Assembly: GCA_041395745.1 (NCBI GenBank) | Contig: JAWKZV010000001.1 | Coordinates: 305,127-369,126, forward strand | DNA: 64,000 bases | Origin: Porticoccaceae bacterium | GTDB taxonomy: Bacteria; Pseudomonadota; Gammaproteobacteria; Pseudomonadales; Porticoccaceae | Reading direction: 5' to 3' | Part shown: positions 50,989-59,028 of the stretch, piece by piece | Layout of the letters: each line of letters starts with the position of its first letter | Position numbering within the stretch: position 1 is the stretch's first letter | Notes under the pieces: generated by a model | Databases searched by the model: none | Told to the model about the DNA's origin: nothing | What the model saw: the letters and a program-made list of their open reading frames with translations, nothing else | Made by a program: the position numbers and the translations under genes

Positions 50989-52257
50989 TCAGAAGGTGTA
51001 GTTGACGCTAAACCAGACTTTCTCGGTATCTACTGCAAACTCGTCTGCATTGTACATGGCGTATTTCAGCTCAACCGACAGGTTCTTGTTGATGGGGTAG
51101 GTAGCAACGGCGTCGAATTCCTCACCGTAGTCATCAATGCCATCGGCGGCTTCATCATCTGCCTCGAAGTCGTGGTAGAAGGCAGCCAGGGCTACGCCGC
51201 CCACTTTGCCGGTGACCTTGAAGTAAACATCCTCAATACCGCCTTTTGGGGTTGCCAGAAACATGTCCGCCCAGCCCTGGAACTTGTGCAGGGTGGCCAG
51301 CGGTGTGGCGAAGGCTACTTCACCATCATCGCTACCCAGCAGTTCGTAACCTACACCCAGACCGATGCCTTTGATGGAGGTACCCAGTTCGGCCATATAG
51401 TAGTCGGCGTCGTAATCATTAGGGTTGTCGCCATAGTCGGTTTGGGATGCAGCTGCTGCTGCAACGGTGATCGGACCAAATTTGCCGCTATATTCCACGC
51501 CGTAGGTTTGTGATGAGTTAGTGGGAACTCCTGTTTCCAGAGAATGAGTGTTATCAAAGTCCAGAAGGTAGGCGTAGACGCCGATGTTGTGTCCCGCTGC
51601 TGGAGCGTAGGACATATACAGGGCGTGGGAGTCGGAGTCAAAACGGCGAGGTTGTTTATGGCCATTGGTATCCGGTCCGAAGATGCGATCAACACTCCAG
51701 ATGTAGCTGTAATCCACCTTGACGGGGCCGACGGGCAGTTGCACGCGGAAAGAGTCGTAGGTCTGCTCATTCTGGCGCCAGCCCACACCGCCGACAAAAC
51801 GCTGTCCGGAGTGGAGGATGCGCTGACGACCGGCGCTGCCGGTAAAGAGGTCATTTTTGTATTGCAGGTAGGCCTGGTTGATGGTTGTCCCATCGGGGTC
51901 AACAACGAGTGGGTACTGGGAGGCCTTGCCGTTGGAGGGCGTGCCATATTGCTCACTACCGATCTGTGCCACATCGTCTACTTCCAGCAATCCGGAGAAA
52001 CCCTGGTAGCTGGCAGAGGTTAGGGTGACACGGGATTTCAGGGTAGATGCCTTGGCGACATTCAGGGTATCGATATCCTGATCCACATATTCATAGCGAT
52101 AGCGGAAGGAGAGGTTGATATCACCCTTGGTAAAGATTTCGGAAAGGCTGGTGGCTTCCTCGGCTGCGGCGGATGCCGTGCCGACCATTCCCACAGCCCC
52201 CAACATAATGGCGGTGGCGAGGGTCATTTTTGAATTTGTTGCAACAGCTTTTTTCAT
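50989..52257 (-). CDS. Outer membrane beta-barrel porin, alginate-export-like family
   Basis: Sec signal (MKKAVA...ASA), FRYRYEYVDQ, GRQRI...RFVGGVGWRQNEQTYD, TPLATLHKFQGWADMF, terminal VNYTF. ATG 52257 preferred. Confidence 0.82.
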   Translation of the reverse strand: MKKAVATNSKMTLATAIMLGAVGMVGTASAAAEEATSLSEIFTKGDINLSFRYRYEYVDQDIDTLNVAKASTLKSRVTLTSASYQGFSGLLEVDDVAQIGSEQYGTPSNGKASQYPLVVDPDGTTINQAYLQYKNDLFTGSAGRQRILHSGQRFVGGVGWRQNEQTYDSFRVQLPVGPVKVDYSYIWSVDRIFGPDTNGHKQPRRFDSDSHALYMSYAPAAGHNIGVYAYLLDFDNTHSLETGVPTNSSQTYGVEYSGKFGPITVAAAAASQTDYGDNPNDYDADYYMAELGTSIKGIGLGVGYELLGSDDGEVAFATPLATLHKFQGWADMFLATPKGGIEDVYFKVTGKVGGVALAAFYHDFEADDEAADGIDDYGEEFDAVATYPINKNLSVELKYAMYNADEFAVDTEKVWFSVNYTF

Positions 52258-52397
52258 AATCGAATCCCCAATTAAGGTCTTTTCCTGAAGCTGCCACCAA
52301 AGTGGTAGGATGGATGCCACGTTGGTATTAACTTCATGATTTGGAAGGAGTTTTTTTCCTTCTTGTGGCAAATTAACAGCTAATTAAGGAGATCCTT

Positions 52398-52438
52398 TTG
52401 ACCTCGATCAACGAATTGCAGCCATTGATTCCTAAACT
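52398..52438. promoter_or_regulatory. FNR/Anr/Dnr-type box with class II promoter for moaA-nnrS
   Basis: TTGAC-CTCG-ATCAA (52398-52411; 9/10 to TTGAT-N4-ATCAA) and TAAACT at 52433-52438, the spacing expected for a -41.5 centred site. Confidence 0.7.
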
Positions 52439-52496
52439 GGAGATCACCTGAAGAAAACACCATTTCCGGCCACGGAGAGGCTTTGGAGTCCAAACC

Positions 52497-53501
52497 ATGC
52501 TGAATGAACCACAGACTGCCCTTACGGATCGTTTCGGTCGTGTCGTCGACTACCTGCGCCTGTCGGTGACTGACCGCTGTGATTTCCGCTGCGTCTACTG
52601 CATGGCCGAAGACATGAAATTCCTGCCGCGCCAGCAGGTGCTGACCCTGGAAGAAATGGCCTTCTTGGGTCGGGCATTTGTCTCCCTGGGAGTGCGCCGC
52701 ATCCGCCTCACCGGTGGAGAGCCCCTGGTGCGCCGGGATGTCATCACCCTGGTGCGCCAACTGGGGGAGCTGGACGGCCTGGATGAACTGACTATCACCA
52801 CCAATGGCTCGCAACTCGCGGCCATGGCCCCGGCACTGGTGGATGCCGGTGTACGCCGACTCAATATCAGCCTGGATTCGTTGTGCCCGGATCGTTTCGC
52901 CGCCATCACCCGCACCGGCAAGCTGGATCAGGTGCTGGCCGGTATTGAAGCGGCCCAACGTGCCGGTATCGAGCGCATCAAGCTGAACAGCGTGATCGTG
53001 CGCGGTCTGAACGATGATGAAATCCTGCCGCTGCTGGAGTTTGCTCTGCAGCGGGGGCTGGATATCAGCTATATCGAGGAAATGCCGTTGGGGCAAATTG
53101 GTTGTCGCGACCGCCGTGGTGGACTGGTCACCAGCGAGGAAGTGCGCGAGCAGATTGGCCGCTATTACCCGCTGCTCGCCAGCACCGAGACCAGCGCCGG
53201 ACCGTCGCGCTACTTCCGGACCTGCGGCAGTGACAGTCGCATCGGCTTTATTTCCCCCCACAGTCAGCATTTCTGCGACAGTTGTAACCGGGTACGGGTG
53301 ACCTGCGAGGGGCGACTGCTGCTCTGTCTGGGCAACGAGCATTCGGTGGACCTGCGCGCTGTCATGCGCCGTTATCCCCGTGATCTGGCGGCCCTGCAGG
53401 ATGCCATTGTCAATGCCATGGCATTGAAACCGGAGCGCCATTACTTTTACCATCAGGACCAACCGCAGGTACTGCGGTTCATGAATGCCACAGGCGGTTA
53501 G
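52497..53501 (+). CDS. moaA: GTP 3',8-cyclase
   Basis: YLRLSVTDRCDFRCVYC radical-SAM motif, RLTGGEPL, TTNG, NISLDSL, C-terminal FCDSCNRVR...LLCL. Confidence 0.96.
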   Translation: MLNEPQTALTDRFGRVVDYLRLSVTDRCDFRCVYCMAEDMKFLPRQQVLTLEEMAFLGRAFVSLGVRRIRLTGGEPLVRRDVITLVRQLGELDGLDELTITTNGSQLAAMAPALVDAGVRRLNISLDSLCPDRFAAITRTGKLDQVLAGIEAAQRAGIERIKLNSVIVRGLNDDEILPLLEFALQRGLDISYIEEMPLGQIGCRDRRGGLVTSEEVREQIGRYYPLLASTETSAGPSRYFRTCGSDSRIGFISPHSQHFCDSCNRVRVTCEGRLLLCLGNEHSVDLRAVMRRYPRDLAALQDAIVNAMALKPERHYFYHQDQPQVLRFMNATGG

Positions 53502-53513
53502 CGGAGAAGGGAC

Positions 53514-54710
53514 ATGATCCAGATAGAGGAACCCAGGTCAGACAGTGCTGCTGCGTGGCTCAATCTGGGCTTCCGGCCTTTCTTTATGGGCGCGGCCCTG
53601 TTCGCCGTGTTGTCCATGTCCGTCTGGGCAGCCATTTTCCCACTGCATATCCTGCCGCCGCTGAATGCCCTGGCGCCGGTTACCTGGCACGCCCACGAGA
53701 TGATCTACGGTTACGCGGTGGCCGTGATCGCCGGCTTCTTGCTCACTGCGGTGAAGAACTGGACCGGATTACAGACGCCCAGCGGGGTGCTGTTACTAGT
53801 GCTGTTTCTGTTATGGCTGGCCGCGCGGTTGTTGCCCCTTGCGGGGCAGTGGCTGCCCCTGCAGTGGACCGCTTTTGCCGACCTGTTATTCATGGCCATG
53901 CTGATTCCGGCAGTGGCGATACCGATCATTCGCGCCAAATCTCACCGTAACCTGGCGGTGATTGCCGTGCTGGCGATGCTGTTGACCGGCAACAGTCTCT
54001 TTTACCTGGGGGTGTACGGCATTGTGGCTGACGGCATCCGGCTGGGCCTGTACCTTGGCTTTTACATCGTCATTGCCCTGGTGTTGATGATGGGGCGGCG
54101 GGTGATTCCCTTCTTTACCGAGCGGGGCGTCGGTTACAAGCTGATCCTGAAAAACTACACCTGGGTGGATCGCGCAACGCCGCCGCTGTTAATAGCCTTT
54201 ATTGCCGCCGAGCTGGCGAGGCCGAGCGGCATGGTGGTGGCATTACTGGCTGCGCTGTTGCTGGTGCTGCATGGTATTCGTCTGGCCGGTTGGTACACAA
54301 AGGGCATCTGGCGCAAACCGCTGCTGTGGGTGTTGCATGTGGCCTATGGCCTTGTGGTGGTGGGCTTTGCCCTGAAAGTGGCGGGGTTCCTCTTTGGTAT
54401 ATCCCCGTTTCTTGCCCTGCACGCCTTTGCCCTCGGGGGTATCGGAATGATGACGTTGGGCATGATGGCACGAGTGGCGCTGGGACACACCGGGCGCAAC
54501 GTGTTTGCGCCACCATCGGCGGTAACCTGGATGTTCCTGTTGCTAACCGGTGCGGCCCTGTTGCGGGTGTTTGTGCCGCTATTGGCGCCAGCCTATTACA
54601 GCTTGTGGGTCGGCCTGTCCCAGCTTTGCTGGGTATTGGCGTTTGCGCTGTTCTCGCTTTTCTATATTCCGATGCTGGTCAGCCCCAGGGTGGATGGCCA
54701 GCCGGGTTAG
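53514..54710 (+). CDS. nnrS: NnrS family membrane protein (NO response)
   Basis: LGFRPFF, WHAHEMIYGY, GFLLTAVKNWTG, GRRVIPFFT, LLWVLHVAY, HAFALGGIG, MMARVALGHTGR. Confidence 0.92.
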   Translation: MIQIEEPRSDSAAAWLNLGFRPFFMGAALFAVLSMSVWAAIFPLHILPPLNALAPVTWHAHEMIYGYAVAVIAGFLLTAVKNWTGLQTPSGVLLLVLFLLWLAARLLPLAGQWLPLQWTAFADLLFMAMLIPAVAIPIIRAKSHRNLAVIAVLAMLLTGNSLFYLGVYGIVADGIRLGLYLGFYIVIALVLMMGRRVIPFFTERGVGYKLILKNYTWVDRATPPLLIAFIAAELARPSGMVVALLAALLLVLHGIRLAGWYTKGIWRKPLLWVLHVAYGLVVVGFALKVAGFLFGISPFLALHAFALGGIGMMTLGMMARVALGHTGRNVFAPPSAVTWMFLLLTGAALLRVFVPLLAPAYYSLWVGLSQLCWVLAFALFSLFYIPMLVSPRVDGQPG

Positions 54711-54754
54711 GAGAAAACTATCAGTGTGGGCGCATTGGCGGCCACAAAAAAGGT

Positions 54755-56041
54755 CTATAGCTCTGCCGTAAGCTCCTTCTCAAAAGCATCCGGTAGGCCA
54801 TAAAAGCAGAAAGGATTCAGGAACTGACGTCGCCAGAACAGTCTTTGGTCAACCTCTGACAGGTTTGCCTCCTGGCAAATGGCGGTGTAATGGTTTCTTA
54901 TCGTTTCCACCTGTTTTGAAACTATGACCTTCGCTTCCTCTTCGGAGAGTTGAAAGTCATTACACGCTGCAAGGCAGTTAGTCAGTTGGCTTAACTTGTT
55001 CTCCTCATGGATGCTCATGGCCTGAGAAGCTTCTTCGCCGGTACGATTTTGAGGGCATATGTCGTAGGCCGGCGTGAGAATAAGCTGTTTGCCATCCCAG
55101 AAAGCGGCATGGTTGCGGGCATGATCGTCCGTATTGCCAACGAGGATATTGAATACCATGCGAGCGAAAAGTTCATGCAGTGTTGCTTTTGGCTCTTTGA
55201 ATAGATGGCGTATTTTTTCTGCCAATGTTTCATAACTGGCATAGCGTGCTTCATGCTCTGGTAGTTCAAAGATGGTCAAGCTTGAAACCATTGCCTTGCG
55301 GCACCACTTACCCTCATCGTTGTTGTATCGATCAAAACGCTCGATCAGGAGAACGTCCTTGCCGTGAGCGGCAGTGAGTTCGACATGAGAAACATTTAGT
55401 CCGGCCTTTTGTGCGAGCCTCATAGCGATAAACTCTGCCTTAACGACGCTATAAGTGTCGTTTGACGCGGAAAACTTCGCTATAAACTTCTTGTCTTCGG
55501 TTTCAATACCGGCTTTTGGGCGGGCACCTCCAATGCTCGATCCGTGATTAAGGGCCTGATCGAGCTCCTTTGTTAAGGGTTTGCCCGCATCAACCAGATC
55601 GGAGGCTTGCTGTAGCTCCTCTAGTGTTGCTGTTTTGGGATTACGGGGGCTATAGACTGTTGCCGATTCCTGAAAATCAAGATTTCCGATTCTGTCCGAG
55701 CCGGACATAAGGAGATAGGCTAGTTCGTCGAGCTCGTCCAATGTGATGTCATCGCTCTTCTTTCCAGTGAGCTGATTAATAATGACGCGGCGGCCCCAGG
55801 CATCAGGGGAGCCGTCCCTGATACAGCTAGGCATATCCATTCTGGGCAAAAGATCAATTTTGCCAGCTCTAAGGGGCAGTTCGGGCTCATAGATTGAAAC
55901 GGCATCTTTTCTATCAAGGTAGCTTTTGCCGTAGTTAAAGGTAAGCCGGTTGTCCTTGGCCTCAAGGCGACCGCAAACAACAGGCTTACTCTGGTCTTTA
56001 AGCCAAATCCAGACATAGGCCCCCTTGGTTTTAGAAGTCAT
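54755..56041 (-). CDS. hipA: HipA family Ser/Thr kinase toxin
   Basis: DGSPDAWGR, SGSDRIGNL, P-loop GSSIGGARPKA, catalytic NTDDHARNH, LTPAYD; AT-rich codon usage. Confidence 0.92.
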   Translation of the reverse strand: MTSKTKGAYVWIWLKDQSKPVVCGRLEAKDNRLTFNYGKSYLDRKDAVSIYEPELPLRAGKIDLLPRMDMPSCIRDGSPDAWGRRVIINQLTGKKSDDITLDELDELAYLLMSGSDRIGNLDFQESATVYSPRNPKTATLEELQQASDLVDAGKPLTKELDQALNHGSSIGGARPKAGIETEDKKFIAKFSASNDTYSVVKAEFIAMRLAQKAGLNVSHVELTAAHGKDVLLIERFDRYNNDEGKWCRKAMVSSLTIFELPEHEARYASYETLAEKIRHLFKEPKATLHELFARMVFNILVGNTDDHARNHAAFWDGKQLILTPAYDICPQNRTGEEASQAMSIHEENKLSQLTNCLAACNDFQLSEEEAKVIVSKQVETIRNHYTAICQEANLSEVDQRLFWRRQFLNPFCFYGLPDAFEKELTAEL

Positions 56042-56366
56042 CGAACACCTCCTCTTCTTCCTTATCTATACGGCGAGGGAGAAGAGTTGCTCTCATATCA
56101 AGGCTGCTCTCTAATGCTGTTAGATTTCTTTCATCCGTAGCAAAAAGAGGAATACCCAAAAGTGTGGCAACTTCAAAGTACAGGCCAAGACCTGTAGAGG
56201 GACTGCCCTTCTCGATTTGCCTAATAGTCGGACGTGTTGTGCCCGCCCGCTCGGCAAGTTCTGCCTCAGTCCATCGATGCTCCTTTCGGGCAATTTGAAT
56301 TTGCTTTGCGAAAACCTTCATCGCTTGCAAAGATCTTTTTGAATAGTTCCTTTTGTGTCGTGGCAT
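56031..56366 (-). CDS. hipB: XRE/HipB-like HTH antitoxin
   Basis: ARKEHRWTEAELAERAGTTRPTIRQIEKG HTH; acidic tail EEEEVFDDF; 11-nt overlap with hipA. Confidence 0.85.
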   Translation of the reverse strand: MPRHKRNYSKRSLQAMKVFAKQIQIARKEHRWTEAELAERAGTTRPTIRQIEKGSPSTGLGLYFEVATLLGIPLFATDERNLTALESSLDMRATLLPRRIDKEEEEVFDDF

Positions 56367-56412
56367 CTACATACCCTCATAAGGGCTAAATGTGTCCCCC
56401 TAGCTCTAAGTT

Positions 56413-56453
56413 AGGCTAGAGATTCTGATTTTGTTTGTCAAATATATTTATCA
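56413..56453 (-). promoter_or_regulatory. hipBA promoter with overlapping imperfect palindrome
   Basis: Minus strand TTGACA-N17-TAGCCT; TGTCAAATATATTTATCA (56436-56453, 14/18 self-complementary) overlaps the -35. Confidence 0.55.
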
Positions 56454-56745
56454 TAAGTGTGTGCTAAGTAAAATATAATTATCAATTTGGTTCGGTGTGG
56501 TCATGGCGTATGAAGGGCGATCCCCGGCCTAACAGCCGAAACTTGAAAGATTGGAGATTAAGGCAGGTATAAACCGCCTTTTACCTTCTGATTGGATTCG
56601 GTCTCAAGGATTAAAGGGGTTTAATCACAAACCTGAGAGAGATTGCGTAAAGTCTTTGTCTAGTTGAATTATTGAGGACACCCAAATGAATGGTTTTGAT
56701 AATAAGTGGGGTGAGATAAAACTTTCTACGTGCTGGATTAAGGGG

Positions 56746-57546
56746 TTACTGAATTAAAGCCCCGCCCAGCTCGATTCCCTCAATCTCCGCTTCATCAATC
56801 AACTGGTGCAGGTAGCGGTTGATGGCCATGCGCTGGCGGACTTCCGCCAGGTAGGCTGAAACCTGGTCGTGCACCTGTTCGTAGGGCAGGGGCTTTCCGG
56901 CAATCTTGCGATCCACCTGTACCACGTGCACGCCGTAGCGGGATTCAATGGGCTCATGGGCGAGTCCCACTGCCAGGGCAAAGACCTGTTGCTCGAACTC
57001 GGGCGTGGTCTGGCCGCGGCTGATCTGGCCCAGGTTGCCGCCGGTTTCCTTTGAGGGACAGGCGGAAAATTCTTTGGCCAGTGACGCGAACTGCTCCGGG
57101 GACTGCTGCAACTGCGCCAGCAGTTCCACAGCGGTTTGTCGCGCCCGCTGCAGGGCAGCTTCATCGTCGGGGGCTGCGGCAATCAGGATGTGGCTGACCT
57201 GCAACAGGTCGGGGCTGCGAAAACTTTCCCGGTGGCTTTCGAAATAGCGGTGGCACTCCTCGCTGCTGGGAAATTCCGCCGGCGCTTCCCGTTCCAGCAG
57301 GGCGCTGATCAATGCCTCTTCGGATAACACCTCAGAGCTCTCTGTCAGCACTTCCCTGGCCTTTTGCAACAGCAGGGTACGGATCACCAGCGCCTCGGCG
57401 GCTTTGTGAATGCCCTCCCGGGGTGAGGCGGCCGGATGGTACTGAACTTCCCGGGCGATATCCTCAGTCGAAATCGGGGTGCCGTTGACGAGGATTTCCG
57501 GTACATCGTTGACACTGTGGGTGGTTTTGCTGGATGGGCAGCTCAT
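56746..57546 (-). CDS. PpiC/parvulin-type peptidyl-prolyl isomerase associated with nar operons (NifM-like)
   Basis: ILVNGTPI, EVQYHPA, VSHILIA, FASLAKEFSACPSKETGGNLGQI, IESRYGVHVV. ATG 57546 preferred. Confidence 0.88.
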   Translation of the reverse strand: MSCPSSKTTHSVNDVPEILVNGTPISTEDIAREVQYHPAASPREGIHKAAEALVIRTLLLQKAREVLTESSEVLSEEALISALLEREAPAEFPSSEECHRYFESHRESFRSPDLLQVSHILIAAAPDDEAALQRARQTAVELLAQLQQSPEQFASLAKEFSACPSKETGGNLGQISRGQTTPEFEQQVFALAVGLAHEPIESRYGVHVVQVDRKIAGKPLPYEQVHDQVSAYLAEVRQRMAINRYLHQLIDEAEIEGIELGGALIQ

Positions 57547-57584
57547 AGGACTTTCCCATATTGAGAAGTTGCATTGAGAAGTGG

Positions 57585-57626
57585 CTTTCCGCCGGAAGGC
57601 TTCTTTCAAGTCTAGCCGGCGGAAAG
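57585..57626. other. Intergenic stem-loop between narI and the PPIase gene
   Basis: CTTTCCGCCGG-N20-CCGGCGGAAAG, a perfect 11-bp inverted repeat; adjacent ATTGAGAAGT direct repeat at 57560 and 57573. Confidence 0.6.
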
Positions 57627-57635
57627 TATCGGTGC

Positions 57636-58325
57636 TCAGGCGCGTTTCTGGCGCACTATCTGGTAGTTCCTGAGCAGGTATTTCACCGGCGCCGCCACAC
57701 CACTGATGATGTGCACCAGGCGGGTGAAGGGGAAGATCAGGAACAGGGTCATGCCGAGGAACACGTGCAGTTTGTACACCAGTGACACCGGGGCAATCGA
57801 CGCGGCTGCTTCCATCGGTTGCAGGATGGCGATGGACTGCGCCCAGTTGGCTAGCATCACCATCACCGAGCCGTCCAGATGGTGGCTGGAGGCGTAGATG
57901 GTGCTCAGCCCGAGGATCAGCTGGATATACAGCAGCACCAGGACCAGGTTGTCGGAGAAACTGCTGCTGGCGCGCACCCGCGGATCGGTAAAGCGGCGCG
58001 CGATCAGCATGGTCAGGCCGACAAAGCAGAGCCCGCCAAACAGGCCGCCGGACACCATCGCGAGCAGTTGTTTGTTGGGGGTGGAGATGACGTGGTGGTA
58101 GATAAACTCCGGGGTCAGCAGGCCGACCAGGTGGCCGGCGAGCACGAACAGCACACCGACGTGGAAGGCGTTGCTGGCCAGGCGCATCCCGCGGGTGCGC
58201 AGGATCTGGCTGGAGCCCGCTTTCCAGGAGTACTGTTCGCGGTCGTAGCGGACCCAGCTGCCGACCACACAGACCAGCAGCGCCAGGTAGGGATAGAGTC
58301 CGAAAAGTAGCGTGTCGATATTCAT
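57636..58325 (-). CDS. narI: Respiratory nitrate reductase gamma subunit (cytochrome b)
   Basis: LFGLYPY, YSWKAGSSQIL, heme His in AFHVG, AGHLVG, YKLHVF, FPFTRLVH. ATG 58325 preferred. Confidence 0.95.
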   Translation of the reverse strand: MNIDTLLFGLYPYLALLVCVVGSWVRYDREQYSWKAGSSQILRTRGMRLASNAFHVGVLFVLAGHLVGLLTPEFIYHHVISTPNKQLLAMVSGGLFGGLCFVGLTMLIARRFTDPRVRASSSFSDNLVLVLLYIQLILGLSTIYASSHHLDGSVMVMLANWAQSIAILQPMEAAASIAPVSLVYKLHVFLGMTLFLIFPFTRLVHIISGVAAPVKYLLRNYQIVRQKRA

Positions 58326-58335
58326 GATGGCTTCC

Positions 58336-59025
58336 TCAGTTTGCCCAGCGCACAGCGACGCTGTCGTTAGGGGATCGTTGCGGGGGCTTGGGTGCGTTGG
58401 AGGGACAGCTGTCCCCGGCGCCGAAGGTGACAGCCTCTTCTTCCCAGATCTTGTCCAGGGCTTCCGGGGTGTCGTCGCGTTTTTCGCCAGCGGCCTTGGC
58501 CCGCAGTTCCTCGACATCCAGCGGCACGCCGCTGATCATCAGCAGGCTGTCAAACAGTGCATCGTAGACCGAGCCGCGCTCTTTCAGACGGGCGCTCAGC
58601 AGGCCGAGGATATGGGCGACATCTGCCAGTCCCTCGCGGGCCTCCAGGTCCGGGCGATAGGCCTGGAATTCCAGGTAGAGGGGAATGAAATCCGGCAGCT
58701 CCCGCACACCGATCTGAAAGCCCTGGCTTTCGTACACCTTGAGCAGGTCCACCATGGCCTGGCCCCGGTCCCGGGACTCGCCGTGCACGTGCTCGAACAG
58801 CAGCAGTGACAGGGCGCGGCCCCGGTCGAACAGTCCGGAGTACAGTTCCTGGGCGTCCATCAGGTCGCCGTCGTAAATGGTGTGCAACAGTTCACTGAGG
58901 CGCTGGCGCATGGCGGGAGAGATCTCCCGCGATGCCATGATCACCGCCTCCAGCTCCGCCACCCGCTCTTGCAACTCGGCGTTGGGATAGTCCATCAGCC
59001 GGGAGATGACTTTGAGAATATCCAT
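58336..59025 (-). CDS. narJ: Nitrate reductase Mo-cofactor assembly chaperone
   Basis: LMDYP, LFDRGRALSLLLFEHVHGESRDRGQAMVDL, ELPDFIPLYLEF, ALDKIWEEEAVTF. Confidence 0.96.
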   Translation of the reverse strand: MDILKVISRLMDYPNAELQERVAELEAVIMASREISPAMRQRLSELLHTIYDGDLMDAQELYSGLFDRGRALSLLLFEHVHGESRDRGQAMVDLLKVYESQGFQIGVRELPDFIPLYLEFQAYRPDLEAREGLADVAHILGLLSARLKERGSVYDALFDSLLMISGVPLDVEELRAKAAGEKRDDTPEALDKIWEEEAVTFGAGDSCPSNAPKPPQRSPNDSVAVRWAN

Positions 59026-59028
59026 GGC

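Noticed and set aside
52258-52400. Second ANTAR leader or sigma54 promoter before the porin
   Set aside because: No TGGCAC-N5-TTGC match, no pair of A1/G4 hexaloop hairpins, and no U-tailed terminator.
54725-54752. Hairpin after nnrS as a terminator
   Set aside because: The stem has a mismatch and is followed by an A run on the plus strand (U run precedes it on the minus strand), so it is not a canonical terminator for either gene.
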